In this document: in pieces, positions 48,327-58,439 of the stretch
Position numbering within the stretch: the first letter of the stretch is position 1
How the letters are laid out: each line of letters opens with the position of its first letter
From: a virus
Reading direction: 5' to 3' (one strand)
Length of the DNA: 64,000 nt
IMG/VR virus record: IMGVR_UViG_3300043427_002369
Location: 9,509 to 73,508 of that record
Notes under the pieces: model-generated
Seen by the model: only the letters and a program-made list of their open reading frames with translations
Database searches by the model: none
Told to the model about the DNA's origin: nothing
Made by a program: the position numbers and the translations under genes

Positions 48327-48943
48327 TTTAGTGGAAGGTAAGTTAAGGATTCAATTTTACCAAGAGACTCTGTTTCAAATGTATTAAATGCAAGGCTAAT
48401 TCTTGGAGTTGTAGATACATTTTCAGGGACACCATGATAAAGTGTTGATGGAAATAAAATAAGTTCTCCAGTTTCTAACGGGAGTAAAAATGTTTCTGCA
48501 TTAAAATTATTATGATTTTTAATGGTGAATGAATACATTTCATTATTTTTGTTTCTAAATTCAATGGGTGGAAGAGTTTTGTTTATTTGAAAATAAAATA
48601 CTCCACTAACAATACTATTAGGATGCCGATGTTCGTGATGTTTTTTTCCATTGTCAGTAATATTTGCCCAAGATTGTGTAATTTTTAATTTATTTGAGCA
48701 TTCGAGGACATCATTAACGTAAAAATTAATTTGAGAATCAATAAATTCTCTGATATTTTTTAGTTGAGGGTTATCTAATAAAAAAGTATCAGAAGATTGT
48801 TTGCTATATATTTTTTGCGTTTCTGGAGTATTTAAATTATATTCTAAACTCTTTACATATTCCAATTCTTCAGACAAATCTTTTTCATATTTTGAAATAA
48901 GAACCGGAATTGGAAATAATTGTAGAAGTTCTCTATTTGACAT
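48323..48943 (-). CDS. Putative 2OG-Fe(II) oxygenase (TIGR02466-like)
   Basis: LFPIPV start, SWAN, HEHRHPNS.VSGVFY, G.LILFPS.LYH.V, RISLAFN; ATG 48943 preferred; ATGA-coupled to next gene. Confidence 0.85.
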   Translation of the reverse strand: MSNRELLQLFPIPVLISKYEKDLSEELEYVKSLEYNLNTPETQKIYSKQSSDTFLLDNPQLKNIREFIDSQINFYVNDVLECSNKLKITQSWANITDNGKKHHEHRHPNSIVSGVFYFQINKTLPPIEFRNKNNEMYSFTIKNHNNFNAETFLLPLETGELILFPSTLYHGVPENVSTTPRISLAFNTFETESLGKIESLTYLPLK

Positions 48944-48965
48944 ATATTTAAAGATACATATAGAA

Positions 48966-48994
48966 ATTATACAATATTCATATTGAATATGCAA
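48966..48994 (-). promoter_or_regulatory. Sigma70-type (early) promoter for the two oxygenases
   Basis: Minus strand TTGCAT-N17-TATAAT, -10 box ending 22 nt upstream of ATG 48943. Confidence 0.6.
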
Positions 48995-49024
48995 ATTTTG
49001 AGGTTTAATTCATTATAAATCAAT

Positions 49025-49032
49025 GATAAATA
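49025..49032 (+). promoter_or_regulatory. Late promoter (GATAAATA)
   Basis: NATAAATA upstream of the second collagen fibre gene. Confidence 0.6.
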
Positions 49033-49087
49033 ACTAAAGCATTTTTTAAATTATATTAGTGAGTAAATATCCTAGGAACCGAAGAAC

Positions 49088-52000
49088 GTGGCATATTTAA
49101 GTACTTTACTTGGGGCTAATTTCACTGGAGCACAAGGTACTCAAGGTGTCCAGGGAAGGCAGGGAACTACTGGCACTCAAGGAGCAGCAGGAACACAAGG
49201 ACTTCAGGGAATTCAGGGATCTTTAGGTCCTCAAGGAATTCAGGGAATTACAGGATCTCAGGGAGCAACAGGAACCCAAGGTCTTCAGGGAATTCAGGGA
49301 ACTATAGGTCCTCAGGGTATTCAGGGAACTATAGGATCTCAAGGTATTCAAGGACGTCAGGGTATTCAGGGAACTATAGGTCCTCAGGGTATTCAGGGAA
49401 CTATAGGATCTCAAGGTATTCAAGGACGTCAGGGTATTCAGGGAACTACAGGATCTCAGGGAACTACAGGTGCAACTGGTGCGACTGGATCTCAAGGAAC
49501 TACAGGAACTACTGGAACTACTGGTGCGACTGGATCTCAAGGAACTATAGGATCTCAAGGAACTGCAGGCGCGACTGGCGCGACTGGATCTCAGGGAACT
49601 GCAGGATCTCAAGGAACTATAGGATCTCAGGGTATTCAAGGTGTTCAAGGTATTCAAGGACGTCAGGGTATTCAGGGAACCACAGGAACTACAGGTTCTC
49701 AAGGAACTACAGGAACCACAGGAACTACAGGTTCTCAAGGAACTACAGGAACCCAAGGAACTACAGGAACCACAGGAACTACAGGTTCTCAAGGAACAAC
49801 TGGATCTCAAGGAACAACTGGATCTCAAGGTGTTCAGGGTCGTCAAGGGACTACAGGTGCATCAGGAGAAACTGGTGCTACTGGTGCTCAAGGAACTACA
49901 GGTTCTCAAGGAATCCAAGGAATTACAGGTCCAGTAGCAGGTTCCGCAAATCAAGTTGTATATAAAGACGGATCTAATAACCCAACAGGTTCTAGTAATT
50001 TAACTTTTAATGGAACTGCACTTTATGCAAATCAAATTACTGGTCCAGCGGAACTTGTAATTGATCCAACGTCTATTGGAGATAATACTGGAGCAGTAAG
50101 AATTAAAGGTGATTTATATGTTGATGGTTCAAACTTCATAGTCAATTCATCAACAATTGAGTTGGCAGATTTTGTGGTTGGTATTGCATCTACAGTAGCA
50201 ACAAATGCACTTCTTGATGGAGCTGGTATTGGTATTGGATCCGTAGGAATTCGCAAGACAATTACTTGGAATAATACTGCAACCGCATTAACATCGAGCG
50301 AAGATTGGAATCTTGCTTCAGGTAAGCAATATAAGATTAATGGAACTTCGGTATTAACTTCAACAACACTAGGTTCTGGAGTTGTCAATTCATCTTTAAC
50401 TTCCGTTGGAACATTAGGTCTATTAAATGTTACTGGTATTGTTACTGCATCTAGATTTGTTTCTAATGTGGCAACAGGAACTGCACCATTCACAGTCTCT
50501 TCAACGACTCTTGTATCTAATTTAAATGCCGATTTACTTGATGGGTTAAATTCCGCATCGACAAACACAGCATCAACTATTGTAGCAAGAGATGCTTCAG
50601 GTAACTTTAGTGCTGGCACTATTAGTGCTTCGTTGACAGGTTCTGCTTCAAACAACGTGTTGAAAGCAGGCGACACGATGACAGGTCAATTGATTTCAAC
50701 TCTTGCAAATAATACTGCAACTGGTGGTGGTCAAATATACCTGAATGGGGCAAATGGAAATAGAATTGATTTTAATACAAATGGTGTTGCTGCTCCGACA
50801 ACTACAACAAGAAGTGCTGGAACTAAGTTAGTTTTATGGCCAGGACTAAGTGCAACTAATGTTGATTATGCACTTGGTATTGATAGTTCTACTATGTGGT
50901 ATTCTGTTGATACTACTTCAGCACAATTTAAGTGGTTTGCAGGAACTAGTAATGTCGCCACTTTAACTGGCGCCGGAAACTTCAGTGCGACTGGAAGTAT
51001 TACTGGAAATACAATCGTAAAATCTGGAGGAACTTCGTCTCAGTTCTTAAAAGCAGATGGATCTGTAGATACTAATACCTATATTACTTCTGCTTCTGTA
51101 GGCAATGGAACTCTGTCTTTAGCAGTTTCCGGAACTGGTCTTTCTGGTTCAGCATCATTTACTGCAAACCAAAGTGGAAATACAACTTTTACAGTAACAT
51201 CTAATGCAACTTCAGCAAACACAGCATCTGCAATAGTTGCTAGAGATGCTTCGGGTAACTTTACTGCGGGAACAATTACTGCAAATTTAACAGGAAATAT
51301 AACAAATACAGTTACAGGAACTAATTCAACTGCACTAGTTTATGGTAATATGGCAGATAACGACCAATTTAGAATTTTAATTGGCGGAACTGCTTCTAAT
51401 GCTGGATATGTTGAAATTGCAACAGCAGATGACGGAACTGAACCAATTTATGTAAGACAATATACGGGCGTATTTACAACACTTGCAAGAACTGCCACAC
51501 TACTTGATGGAAGTGGAAATACTAGTTTTCCTGGCAGTGTTACAGGAAATACAATCGTAAAATCTGGAGGAACTTCTTCTCAGTTCCTAAAAGCAGATGG
51601 ATCCGTTGATTCTAATACTTATATTACTTCAGCTTCTGTAGGTAACGGAACTCTTACTTTAGGAGTTTCTGGAACTGGTCTTTCTGGTTCCGCATCATTT
51701 ACCGCAAACCAAAGTGGTGCTACCACATTCACTGTAACTTCGAACGCGACTTCAGCAAACACAGCATCTGCAATAGTTGCTAGAGATGCTTCTGGAAACT
51801 TTACTGCTGGAACTATTACTGCTACAAGTTTCTCAGGTTCCTTAGCAAACACATTAACTTTAAATACCTCAGGAACTGGATTATCTGGATCCACAACATT
51901 TAATAACTCTGGTGCAGCAACATTTACCGTAACATCTAACGCGACTTCTGCAAACACAGCATCTGCAATAGTTGCTAGAGATGCTTCCGGAAACTTTACT

Positions 52001-54358
52001 GCTGGAACTATTACTGCTGCAACTTCATTTGTAAAATCTGGAGGAACTTCATCTCAGTTCTTAAAAGCAGATGGTTCTGTTGACTCCAATGCTTACATTA
52101 CTTCTGCTTCTGTAGGCAATGGAACTCTGACTTTAGCAGTTTCCGGAACTGGATTATCTGGATCTGCATCATTTACGGCAAACCAAAGTGGTGCGACAAC
52201 ATTCACAGTAACCTCTAATGCAACTAATGCAAATACAGCATCTGCAATAGTTGCTCGTGATGCTTCGGGTAACTTTAGTGCTGGCACAATATCAGCAGGA
52301 TTATCCGCTTCTGCAGACGCGGCAATTGTCAATCAAAACAACGGAAACTCTGCTGCTTGGTATGGTAGAATTCTTTCTAAAAACTCAACCAGTGATAAAG
52401 CATCATTCTTAGGAACTTATGGTAGTATTGCTGGAGTTTTTGCACATAATAATGCTCTAAGTGCTTGGACGGATTTATATGTGAATACCGTTGATGGTGG
52501 AAGCAATGGTGGTACAGTAAGAATGCCCCCCTCCGTCTTAGTCAATGGAAGCCAAGTTTGGCACGCTGGTAATGATGGTGCAGGTAGTGGATTAGATGCC
52601 GATTTAATTGATGGTATTAATTCCACTGGTTTATTCAATAATATGGGAGCTCTTCACTCTACAAGAAGTAGTTTTGATGCCACAACACCTTCTTATGATT
52701 TTGGTTTTAGATTTGTTCAAGGAAGCACCAATGGTCCAGGAACTTCTGGATCTCAATTCTATTCTTGGTATATTGGTCTAGGTTCTGAATATGCAGCGAC
52801 TGGTGCTGGTTCTTATGGAGCAATGTTTGCTGTTGATAGAAATGTCACCAACCCATATTTAACAGTTAGATATAATGAAGGAAATTCTTTCACTTCCTGG
52901 TATAAGATCAGAGCAGGTGCTGCGGACCAAGTAATAAATTCAGTTACCTTTAATAACGGTGGTGCTGGTGGTGCATCTGGTAGCACATTTAATGGAAGTG
53001 GTGCTTTAACAGTTTCTTATAACACAATCGGTGCATCTCCGTTAGCAGGTTCCACTAGTTTAACCACCACTGGTACTGTAACTACTGGTACTTGGTCTGG
53101 TTCTTTTGGTGCTGTATCTGGTGCTAACTTAACTAGTCTTACTGCAGGAAACTTAAGTGGAACAATACCTTCAGCAGTATTAGGTAACTCAGTTCACTTC
53201 ATTGGCACTACTTCTATTGCACTAAACAGAGCATCTGCTGCTCAAACTTTAACTGGAGTAAATATTGATGGCAGTTCTGGTTCTTGTACTGGTAATGCTG
53301 CCACAGCAACTAGTGCCGACCAAATAGACGGAATTGCATTTAGAAATTCAAATAGCACATCAGCGATTAGTGCTCCAGATACATTAGATAGCAATGGAAT
53401 TGGATATGTAACTAATATATCACTTTATAGCCAAACTGACGGTGCTTTATATGCACAAGCATATAGTGCAGCTTGGCAACATCAGATATATGGAGATTAT
53501 AGAACTGGTCAAATAGCAATAAGAGGTAAAAATAATGGAACTTGGCAGGCTTGGCGTAATGTTCTCGATAGCACTAATTACACTACATATGCTGCTGCAA
53601 GTAACCATACACACGGTAATATTACCAATGCTGGTGCTATTGGTTCTGTAGCAAACCTACCAATTATTACAACAACAAGTGGTGTATTAACTACTGGTTC
53701 ATTTGGTTCAGCAGCAAATACTTTCTGTCAAGGTAATGATTCTCGTCTAAGTGATACTAGAAACACAACTAATAGCATTACGTTTAACAATGCTGGTGCT
53801 GGGGATGCCAGCGGAACAACTTTCAATGGATCCACCGCAAGAACAATTTCATACAACACAATCGGCGCATCTCCGTTAGCAGGTTCCACTAGTTTAACTA
53901 CAACTGGCACCGTAACTAATGGTACTTGGTCTGGTACTTTTGGTGTCGTATCTGGTGCTAACTTAACTAATTTGACTGCAGGAAACTTAAGTGGAACAAT
54001 ACCTTCAGCAGTATTAGGTAACTCAGTTCACTTCATTGGTACTACTTCTATTGCACTCAATAGAGCATCTGCTTCACAAAGTTTAACTGGCGTAAGCATT
54101 GATGGTTCTTCAGGTTCTTGTACTGGCAACTCTTCTACTGCAACAACCTTACAAACAACAAGAACTATTTGGGGTCAAAACTTTAATGGTAGTGCCAATG
54201 TTTCTGGTGCATTGACTGGAGTAACTAATATAACTGCTACTGGCAACATTGCTGCCGATGGTGCATTCCGTGCAGAGTCTTCAGACTCTACACAAAGATT
54301 TGATATTTACTATAATGAGACTACTGATAGTCTTGATTTTGATTATCTCACCGCATAA
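49088..54358 (+). CDS. Second collagen-like tail fibre with repeated shaft modules and knob-like domains
   Basis: GTG start; 90 Gly-X-Y triplets; IVARDASGNF.AGTI, QFLKADGSVD, WHAGNDGAGSGLDADL.DG and W..W knob-like segments. Confidence 0.88.
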   Translation: MAYLSTLLGANFTGAQGTQGVQGRQGTTGTQGAAGTQGLQGIQGSLGPQGIQGITGSQGATGTQGLQGIQGTIGPQGIQGTIGSQGIQGRQGIQGTIGPQGIQGTIGSQGIQGRQGIQGTTGSQGTTGATGATGSQGTTGTTGTTGATGSQGTIGSQGTAGATGATGSQGTAGSQGTIGSQGIQGVQGIQGRQGIQGTTGTTGSQGTTGTTGTTGSQGTTGTQGTTGTTGTTGSQGTTGSQGTTGSQGVQGRQGTTGASGETGATGAQGTTGSQGIQGITGPVAGSANQVVYKDGSNNPTGSSNLTFNGTALYANQITGPAELVIDPTSIGDNTGAVRIKGDLYVDGSNFIVNSSTIELADFVVGIASTVATNALLDGAGIGIGSVGIRKTITWNNTATALTSSEDWNLASGKQYKINGTSVLTSTTLGSGVVNSSLTSVGTLGLLNVTGIVTASRFVSNVATGTAPFTVSSTTLVSNLNADLLDGLNSASTNTASTIVARDASGNFSAGTISASLTGSASNNVLKAGDTMTGQLISTLANNTATGGGQIYLNGANGNRIDFNTNGVAAPTTTTRSAGTKLVLWPGLSATNVDYALGIDSSTMWYSVDTTSAQFKWFAGTSNVATLTGAGNFSATGSITGNTIVKSGGTSSQFLKADGSVDTNTYITSASVGNGTLSLAVSGTGLSGSASFTANQSGNTTFTVTSNATSANTASAIVARDASGNFTAGTITANLTGNITNTVTGTNSTALVYGNMADNDQFRILIGGTASNAGYVEIATADDGTEPIYVRQYTGVFTTLARTATLLDGSGNTSFPGSVTGNTIVKSGGTSSQFLKADGSVDSNTYITSASVGNGTLTLGVSGTGLSGSASFTANQSGATTFTVTSNATSANTASAIVARDASGNFTAGTITATSFSGSLANTLTLNTSGTGLSGSTTFNNSGAATFTVTSNATSANTASAIVARDASGNFTAGTITAATSFVKSGGTSSQFLKADGSVDSNAYITSASVGNGTLTLAVSGTGLSGSASFTANQSGATTFTVTSNATNANTASAIVARDASGNFSAGTISAGLSASADAAIVNQNNGNSAAWYGRILSKNSTSDKASFLGTYGSIAGVFAHNNALSAWTDLYVNTVDGGSNGGTVRMPPSVLVNGSQVWHAGNDGAGSGLDADLIDGINSTGLFNNMGALHSTRSSFDATTPSYDFGFRFVQGSTNGPGTSGSQFYSWYIGLGSEYAATGAGSYGAMFAVDRNVTNPYLTVRYNEGNSFTSWYKIRAGAADQVINSVTFNNGGAGGASGSTFNGSGALTVSYNTIGASPLAGSTSLTTTGTVTTGTWSGSFGAVSGANLTSLTAGNLSGTIPSAVLGNSVHFIGTTSIALNRASAAQTLTGVNIDGSSGSCTGNAATATSADQIDGIAFRNSNSTSAISAPDTLDSNGIGYVTNISLYSQTDGALYAQAYSAAWQHQIYGDYRTGQIAIRGKNNGTWQAWRNVLDSTNYTTYAAASNHTHGNITNAGAIGSVANLPIITTTSGVLTTGSFGSAANTFCQGNDSRLSDTRNTTNSITFNNAGAGDASGTTFNGSTARTISYNTIGASPLAGSTSLTTTGTVTNGTWSGTFGVVSGANLTNLTAGNLSGTIPSAVLGNSVHFIGTTSIALNRASASQSLTGVSIDGSSGSCTGNSSTATTLQTTRTIWGQNFNGSANVSGALTGVTNITATGNIAADGAFRAESSDSTQRFDIYYNETTDSLDFDYLTA
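49127..49936 (+). repeat. Collagen Gly-X-Y block (90 triplets)
   Basis: Includes an exact 72-bp tandem duplication 49298-49369 / 49370-49441. Confidence 0.93.
51002..52290 (+). repeat. Three dispersed ~90-aa direct repeats (VKSGGTSSQFLKADGSVD...IVARDASGNF.AGTI) plus a partial copy
   Basis: Copies start near 51002, 51542 and 52028; partial copy near 51855. Confidence 0.88.
52937..54130 (+). repeat. Two ~120-aa direct repeats, 834 bp apart
   Basis: 52937-53296 and 53771-54130; 65 bp identical (53141-53205 = 53975-54039). Confidence 0.9.
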
Positions 54359-54372
54359 TATAAATATAAATA
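54359..54372 (+). promoter_or_regulatory. Two overlapping TATAAATA late promoters
   Basis: TATAAATATAAATA immediately after the fibre stop codon. Confidence 0.75.
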
Positions 54373-54392
54373 AATTTTTACTATTCTAAAAA

Positions 54393-54605
54393 ATGACTGA
54401 CCAACAACAAGATCTAAAAAATATTATTGAGACACAAAAAACTTTGATCAACGAAATCAATGAACTCAATAATTCCATTGCCGTGAAAAAGGAATTAGCA
54501 CTAAAGTATCAAGGAATTATTGAGTATCTGACTGCTTCAGGTGTTACTTTGCCTGAACCAGAAACAGAAGAACAGGCCATTGAAATTCAATCTGAGGGAG
54601 AATAA
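54393..54605 (+). CDS. Small coiled-coil protein (possible fibre chaperone)
   Basis: 70 aa; heptads then QGIIEYL and an acidic tail. Confidence 0.75.
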   Translation: MTDQQQDLKNIIETQKTLINEINELNNSIAVKKELALKYQGIIEYLTASGVTLPEPETEEQAIEIQSEGE

Positions 54606-54610
54606 ATGCA

Positions 54611-54925
54611 ATGACGGAAGAAATGCAACCTGGTATATCATACCCAGTTATTACATATACTGTTGGTGATTATGTTGAAGGTGATAATTCTGTAGAAGTC
54701 ACCTACACGAATAGTCAAGGATTTATCTACAAGAGAATGGTCAATATTCCATATCTAGAAATTGGACAATATGAAGAAGGTGAAAGTTCTATTGACCAAC
54801 CATACTTTCAAGAAATTCTTGAAGGGCAATTGATGGGAGTTATTAATAAAGCAAGAATGGGTCTTATTACTTTTATAGATCCAAATGCACCAACAGAACC
54901 AGTAGGAATAGGAACGACTTCATAA
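54611..54925 (+). CDS. Hypothetical acidic protein
   Basis: 104 aa; GAGGGAG RBS; ends EPVGIGTTS. Confidence 0.75.
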   Translation: MTEEMQPGISYPVITYTVGDYVEGDNSVEVTYTNSQGFIYKRMVNIPYLEIGQYEEGESSIDQPYFQEILEGQLMGVINKARMGLITFIDPNAPTEPVGIGTTS

Positions 54926-54934
54926 TCTTAACCT

Positions 54935-56701
54935 ATGACTATAGCAGCAAGACTCACCAGTATCGGCACCTTTTTCGCATATGATTATGACGAAACTGTG
55001 GTGACCAAATTTAGAATAGGTAGTGATGGAACTGCTTATTCTAATGAGTTTGATGAAAATACTTCAACAACACTAAGTGGCACTAAAAGAATGAGTGTCA
55101 CTTCTCTTGGGAATTTGATTGTTTTAGATTCAATTAATGAGATTGATCCATTTATAACCACAGTTCCAACAACTGGACTTCAACTTAATATTGATCCAGC
55201 ACAACCACCTGCATCTGAAACTCTTCCAGTAGGTCAGCAAGCATATACAACAGCACAAACTACAACTTTCACTGTTCCCAATGGTTGTACTTCAATTTCT
55301 GCAGTCTGTATCGGTGGTGGTGGAGGAGGTGGTGGATCTGATTCCAGAAGTGAAGGAACTCAAGGTGGCGCTGGTGGGGCATTATGCTATGGAACGATAG
55401 CAGTAACACCAGGAGAACAACTTACAATAGTTGTTGGTTCTGGTGGAAATGGAGGTGGTTCTGGAAATGATGGTAGTAATGGCGGAAATACCTCAATATC
55501 AAGAGGTGCCACAGCATTATTGACTGCAAATGGAGGAAGCGGAGGAAATGAAAGGAGCACTGGTGCTGTAGGCGCAGCAACATATACAGTCAATACTACA
55601 TTTGTTACCAGTAGTGGTGGTGGCAATGGTGGTGGTTGTAATGGTAGTTCTAATAGCGGTGGCGCTGGCGGTGGCGGTGCTGGTGGATATTCTGGCAATG
55701 GTGGAACTGGTGGTGGAGGAACAACAGGTGCTAGTGCTGGGCAAGGAGGAGGATCTGGTGGTGGTGGCCACACGACTTCAGGTTTAGGCGCAGGCGGTGG
55801 TGGAACTGGAATTTTAGGTTCTGGTTCAAATGGAGCTGCTGGAACTTCTGGCGCAACACCAACTGGAGGTGGAAGAGGTTCTTACATATCAGGTTCTTTC
55901 CCAACTTCTGGAACAAGAGCTGCCGGTGGAGCATATGGCGGTGGTGGTGGTGGATATGCTGCAAATGCTAATGGTTCTGGTGGCAATGGTGGTGTTGGTG
56001 CTGTAAGAATTATTTGGGGAACTGGTAGATCTTATCCTTCAACCAGTGTTGCTGATGCTACTGTGGTTAATTATGCATTCACTTTATCAGACTTAAGTGG
56101 CAATTCAAGAACCGCAAGTGCTGTAAATGGAGCAAGTCGCAATGCTTCACTTAATGGTGGTGTTGTAGTTTATGATGGAACAAACGATTATATGACTGTT
56201 ACCTCATATAAAGGTGTGACAGGAACTGGTGCAAGAACTTCTATTGTGTGGTTCAAAGCAAGTGTTCCAAACACTTTTGATCGAATTATGGGTTGGGGGG
56301 CAACAACGGCAGCAGGAAATAAATGGGGAATGGAACCCGATTCCACAACATTTAAACTTCATCTATCAACTTCAAACGGAGCATATGCTGTTGGTGGTTC
56401 AACAACTCCTAATATTATGGATGGAAAATGGCATATGATTGCAGCATCAGTTGGTGCAAGTCAAACTGTAAATGATATTAAGTTATATGTGGATGGAAAT
56501 TTATTGACTGATGTAACCCGTGCTCTTGGGGCAACAGCAATTAATACATCTTCAAGTGCTGATGTGTCTTTTGGTGCATCACTTGCCGATGCTTCTCCAG
56601 AATATTTAAATGGTCACACTTCCCAAGTTTTAATTTATAATGTTCAGTTAAGTGATCTAGAAATAAAACAAGTTCATAGAACGATTCTTAATCGTTTTTA
56701 A
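54935..56701 (+). CDS. LamG/concanavalin-A-like protein with inserted glycine-rich domain
   Basis: GLQLNIDPA...[Gly-rich]...DLSGN...YDGTNDY...WFK...DGKWHMI...KLYVDG...IYNVQLS..EI.Q. Confidence 0.82.
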   Translation: MTIAARLTSIGTFFAYDYDETVVTKFRIGSDGTAYSNEFDENTSTTLSGTKRMSVTSLGNLIVLDSINEIDPFITTVPTTGLQLNIDPAQPPASETLPVGQQAYTTAQTTTFTVPNGCTSISAVCIGGGGGGGGSDSRSEGTQGGAGGALCYGTIAVTPGEQLTIVVGSGGNGGGSGNDGSNGGNTSISRGATALLTANGGSGGNERSTGAVGAATYTVNTTFVTSSGGGNGGGCNGSSNSGGAGGGGAGGYSGNGGTGGGGTTGASAGQGGGSGGGGHTTSGLGAGGGGTGILGSGSNGAAGTSGATPTGGGRGSYISGSFPTSGTRAAGGAYGGGGGGYAANANGSGGNGGVGAVRIIWGTGRSYPSTSVADATVVNYAFTLSDLSGNSRTASAVNGASRNASLNGGVVVYDGTNDYMTVTSYKGVTGTGARTSIVWFKASVPNTFDRIMGWGATTAAGNKWGMEPDSTTFKLHLSTSNGAYAVGGSTTPNIMDGKWHMIAASVGASQTVNDIKLYVDGNLLTDVTRALGATAINTSSSADVSFGASLADASPEYLNGHTSQVLIYNVQLSDLEIKQVHRTILNRF

Positions 56702-56702
56702 T

Positions 56703-56710
56703 CATAAATA
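56703..56710 (+). promoter_or_regulatory. Late promoter (CATAAATA)
   Basis: NATAAATA in a 31-nt intergenic gap. Confidence 0.7.
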
Positions 56711-56732
56711 TTAAAAAAACGATAGTTGCAAT

Positions 56733-57386
56733 ATGGCAAAACTTAAAAGTGGAACTAGAGTTTATGGTAATTTGCTAGTAGATGGTGTAGTTGATTTGAC
56801 TGCATCAGCTTTAGCAACTGCGGTTTCTGGTGAAGTTCAATTTGATGGAACTGCATTTTATGGATCTCCTGCTGCGAGCACAAGAGGAGTAATTCCAACA
56901 GAACATTTAATTGTTTTATCTTCCACAAACACATTAACTTCTCAAACTGGTGTTCAACCACTCTTTGATGGTGGTGGTGGTCCTGCAGGTGGAGCAATTA
57001 CTTTACCAGTAGGTACATATAAATTTGAGTGCTTTTATGCTCTTGCATCAATGTCTACTTCTAGTGGTTCTTTTGGATTTGCTCTTGGTGGGACGGCAAC
57101 AAAAACTGAAGGTTGGCACGCTTCTGCTACAAAATCTGCATTTACAACTGCCAGTACTCTTCAGGGAACTTGGAATACTGGTGCCAATACTTCTTTAGTT
57201 ACTGCTAATACTACTGCTACTGGACATGCTTTCATTAGAGGTCATTTTCGTATTACTGTAACCGGAACTATTATTCCTCAAGTATCCTTAGGTGTTGGGG
57301 CAGCAGCAGTAGTTCAAACAAATAGTCACTTTATTTGCAATCCAGTTGGTAGTGCAACAGTCGTCAGTGTAGGAAACTGGGCGTAA
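56733..57386 (+). CDS. Putative virion protein, beta-sandwich C-terminus
   Basis: 217 aa, Thr/Gly/Ala-rich, MAKLKSGTRVYG start. Confidence 0.75.
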   Translation: MAKLKSGTRVYGNLLVDGVVDLTASALATAVSGEVQFDGTAFYGSPAASTRGVIPTEHLIVLSSTNTLTSQTGVQPLFDGGGGPAGGAITLPVGTYKFECFYALASMSTSSGSFGFALGGTATKTEGWHASATKSAFTTASTLQGTWNTGANTSLVTANTTATGHAFIRGHFRITVTGTIIPQVSLGVGAAAVVQTNSHFICNPVGSATVVSVGNWA

Positions 57387-57411
57387 TATTAATATTGCAT
57401 TCATAATATCG

Positions 57412-57419
57412 AATAAATA
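57412..57419 (+). promoter_or_regulatory. Late promoter (AATAAATA)
   Basis: NATAAATA, intergenic, upstream of the enzyme pair. Confidence 0.65.
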
Positions 57420-57452
57420 AAACAAATTAAAGTATTTTGCTTTGAAATCATA

Positions 57453-58439
57453 ATGACAAATTTTGTTAAACTTGCATTAGATAATGGTGGATCTATTAAA
57501 CCCCTACTCATTAATTCTAAAGATCTTTTAGGACCATCCCTCACAAATCCGTCAGTTCTTGTAGTTGATGATAAGATTTTAGTAAATATCAGAAACGTAA
57601 ATTATACACTATATCATTCGGAATTAAGCAAGTTTGAGCATTTGTGGGGTCCTCTATCATACATTCACCCCGAGAATGATATGCATTTGAGGACTACAAA
57701 TTATATTGCAGAGTTGGATGAAAATTTAGATACAATTTATTACACAAAAATAGATACTTCTAAATTTGATACTTATCCACCACAATGGGATTTTGTTGGT
57801 CTTGAAGATTGTAGATTAATCAATTGGGAAGACAAGATCTATGTTTGTGGCGTAAGAAGAGATCTAGATACAATCGGAACTGGGAGAATGGAACTCTCAG
57901 AACTCGAATTTGATGCGGGCGCAGTAAAAGAGGTTCTGAGGTATAGAATACCTGGGCCTCCACCAGATGATGAATATTGTATGAAGAATTGCACTCCAAT
58001 CGAAGATATGCCATTTCATTTGATGAAGTGGACAAATCCAACTGCTTTGATGAAATTTAATATTGATGGAAGTCAAACAGAAGTCTTTGAAGTCAATTCT
58101 CGCGTCCCGATGCCAAAGGATATGAGAGGTGGATCTCAAGTAATCAAATATAATGGCGGTTATTTAACTCTAATTCACGAAACTGATTTATACAATTCAG
58201 AGCAAGGAAGAAAGGACGCAACTTATCGTCATAGATTTGTTTGTTGGGATGGAAACTTTAAAAATCAAAGATTTTCTAAAGTATTCTCATTTTTAAATAT
58301 GAAGATTGAGTTCTGCTGTGGACTTGCAGAATATAAAGATAGTTTTCTTATTACATTTGGCGCTTCAGATAATGCTGCTTATATCTTAAAAATTTCTAAA
58401 TCATTTGTGGAGGATTTTATCAATGAAGGAAGTAATTGA
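57453..58439 (+). CDS. Five-blade beta-propeller, GH130/DUF377-like glycosidase/phosphorylase-related protein
   Basis: NPSV, GLEDCRL, KNC.P, RGGSQ, IEFCCGL, ITFG..D motifs. Confidence 0.65.
   Translation: MTNFVKLALDNGGSIKPLLINSKDLLGPSLTNPSVLVVDDKILVNIRNVNYTLYHSELSKFEHLWGPLSYIHPENDMHLRTTNYIAELDENLDTIYYTKIDTSKFDTYPPQWDFVGLEDCRLINWEDKIYVCGVRRDLDTIGTGRMELSELEFDAGAVKEVLRYRIPGPPPDDEYCMKNCTPIEDMPFHLMKWTNPTALMKFNIDGSQTEVFEVNSRVPMPKDMRGGSQVIKYNGGYLTLIHETDLYNSEQGRKDATYRHRFVCWDGNFKNQRFSKVFSFLNMKIEFCCGLAEYKDSFLITFGASDNAAYILKISKSFVEDFINEGSN

Noticed and set aside
52937-54130. DGR template/variable repeat pair
   Set aside because: Differences are mostly synonymous (many T/C), not adenine-specific; both copies are coding; no reverse transcriptase in the window
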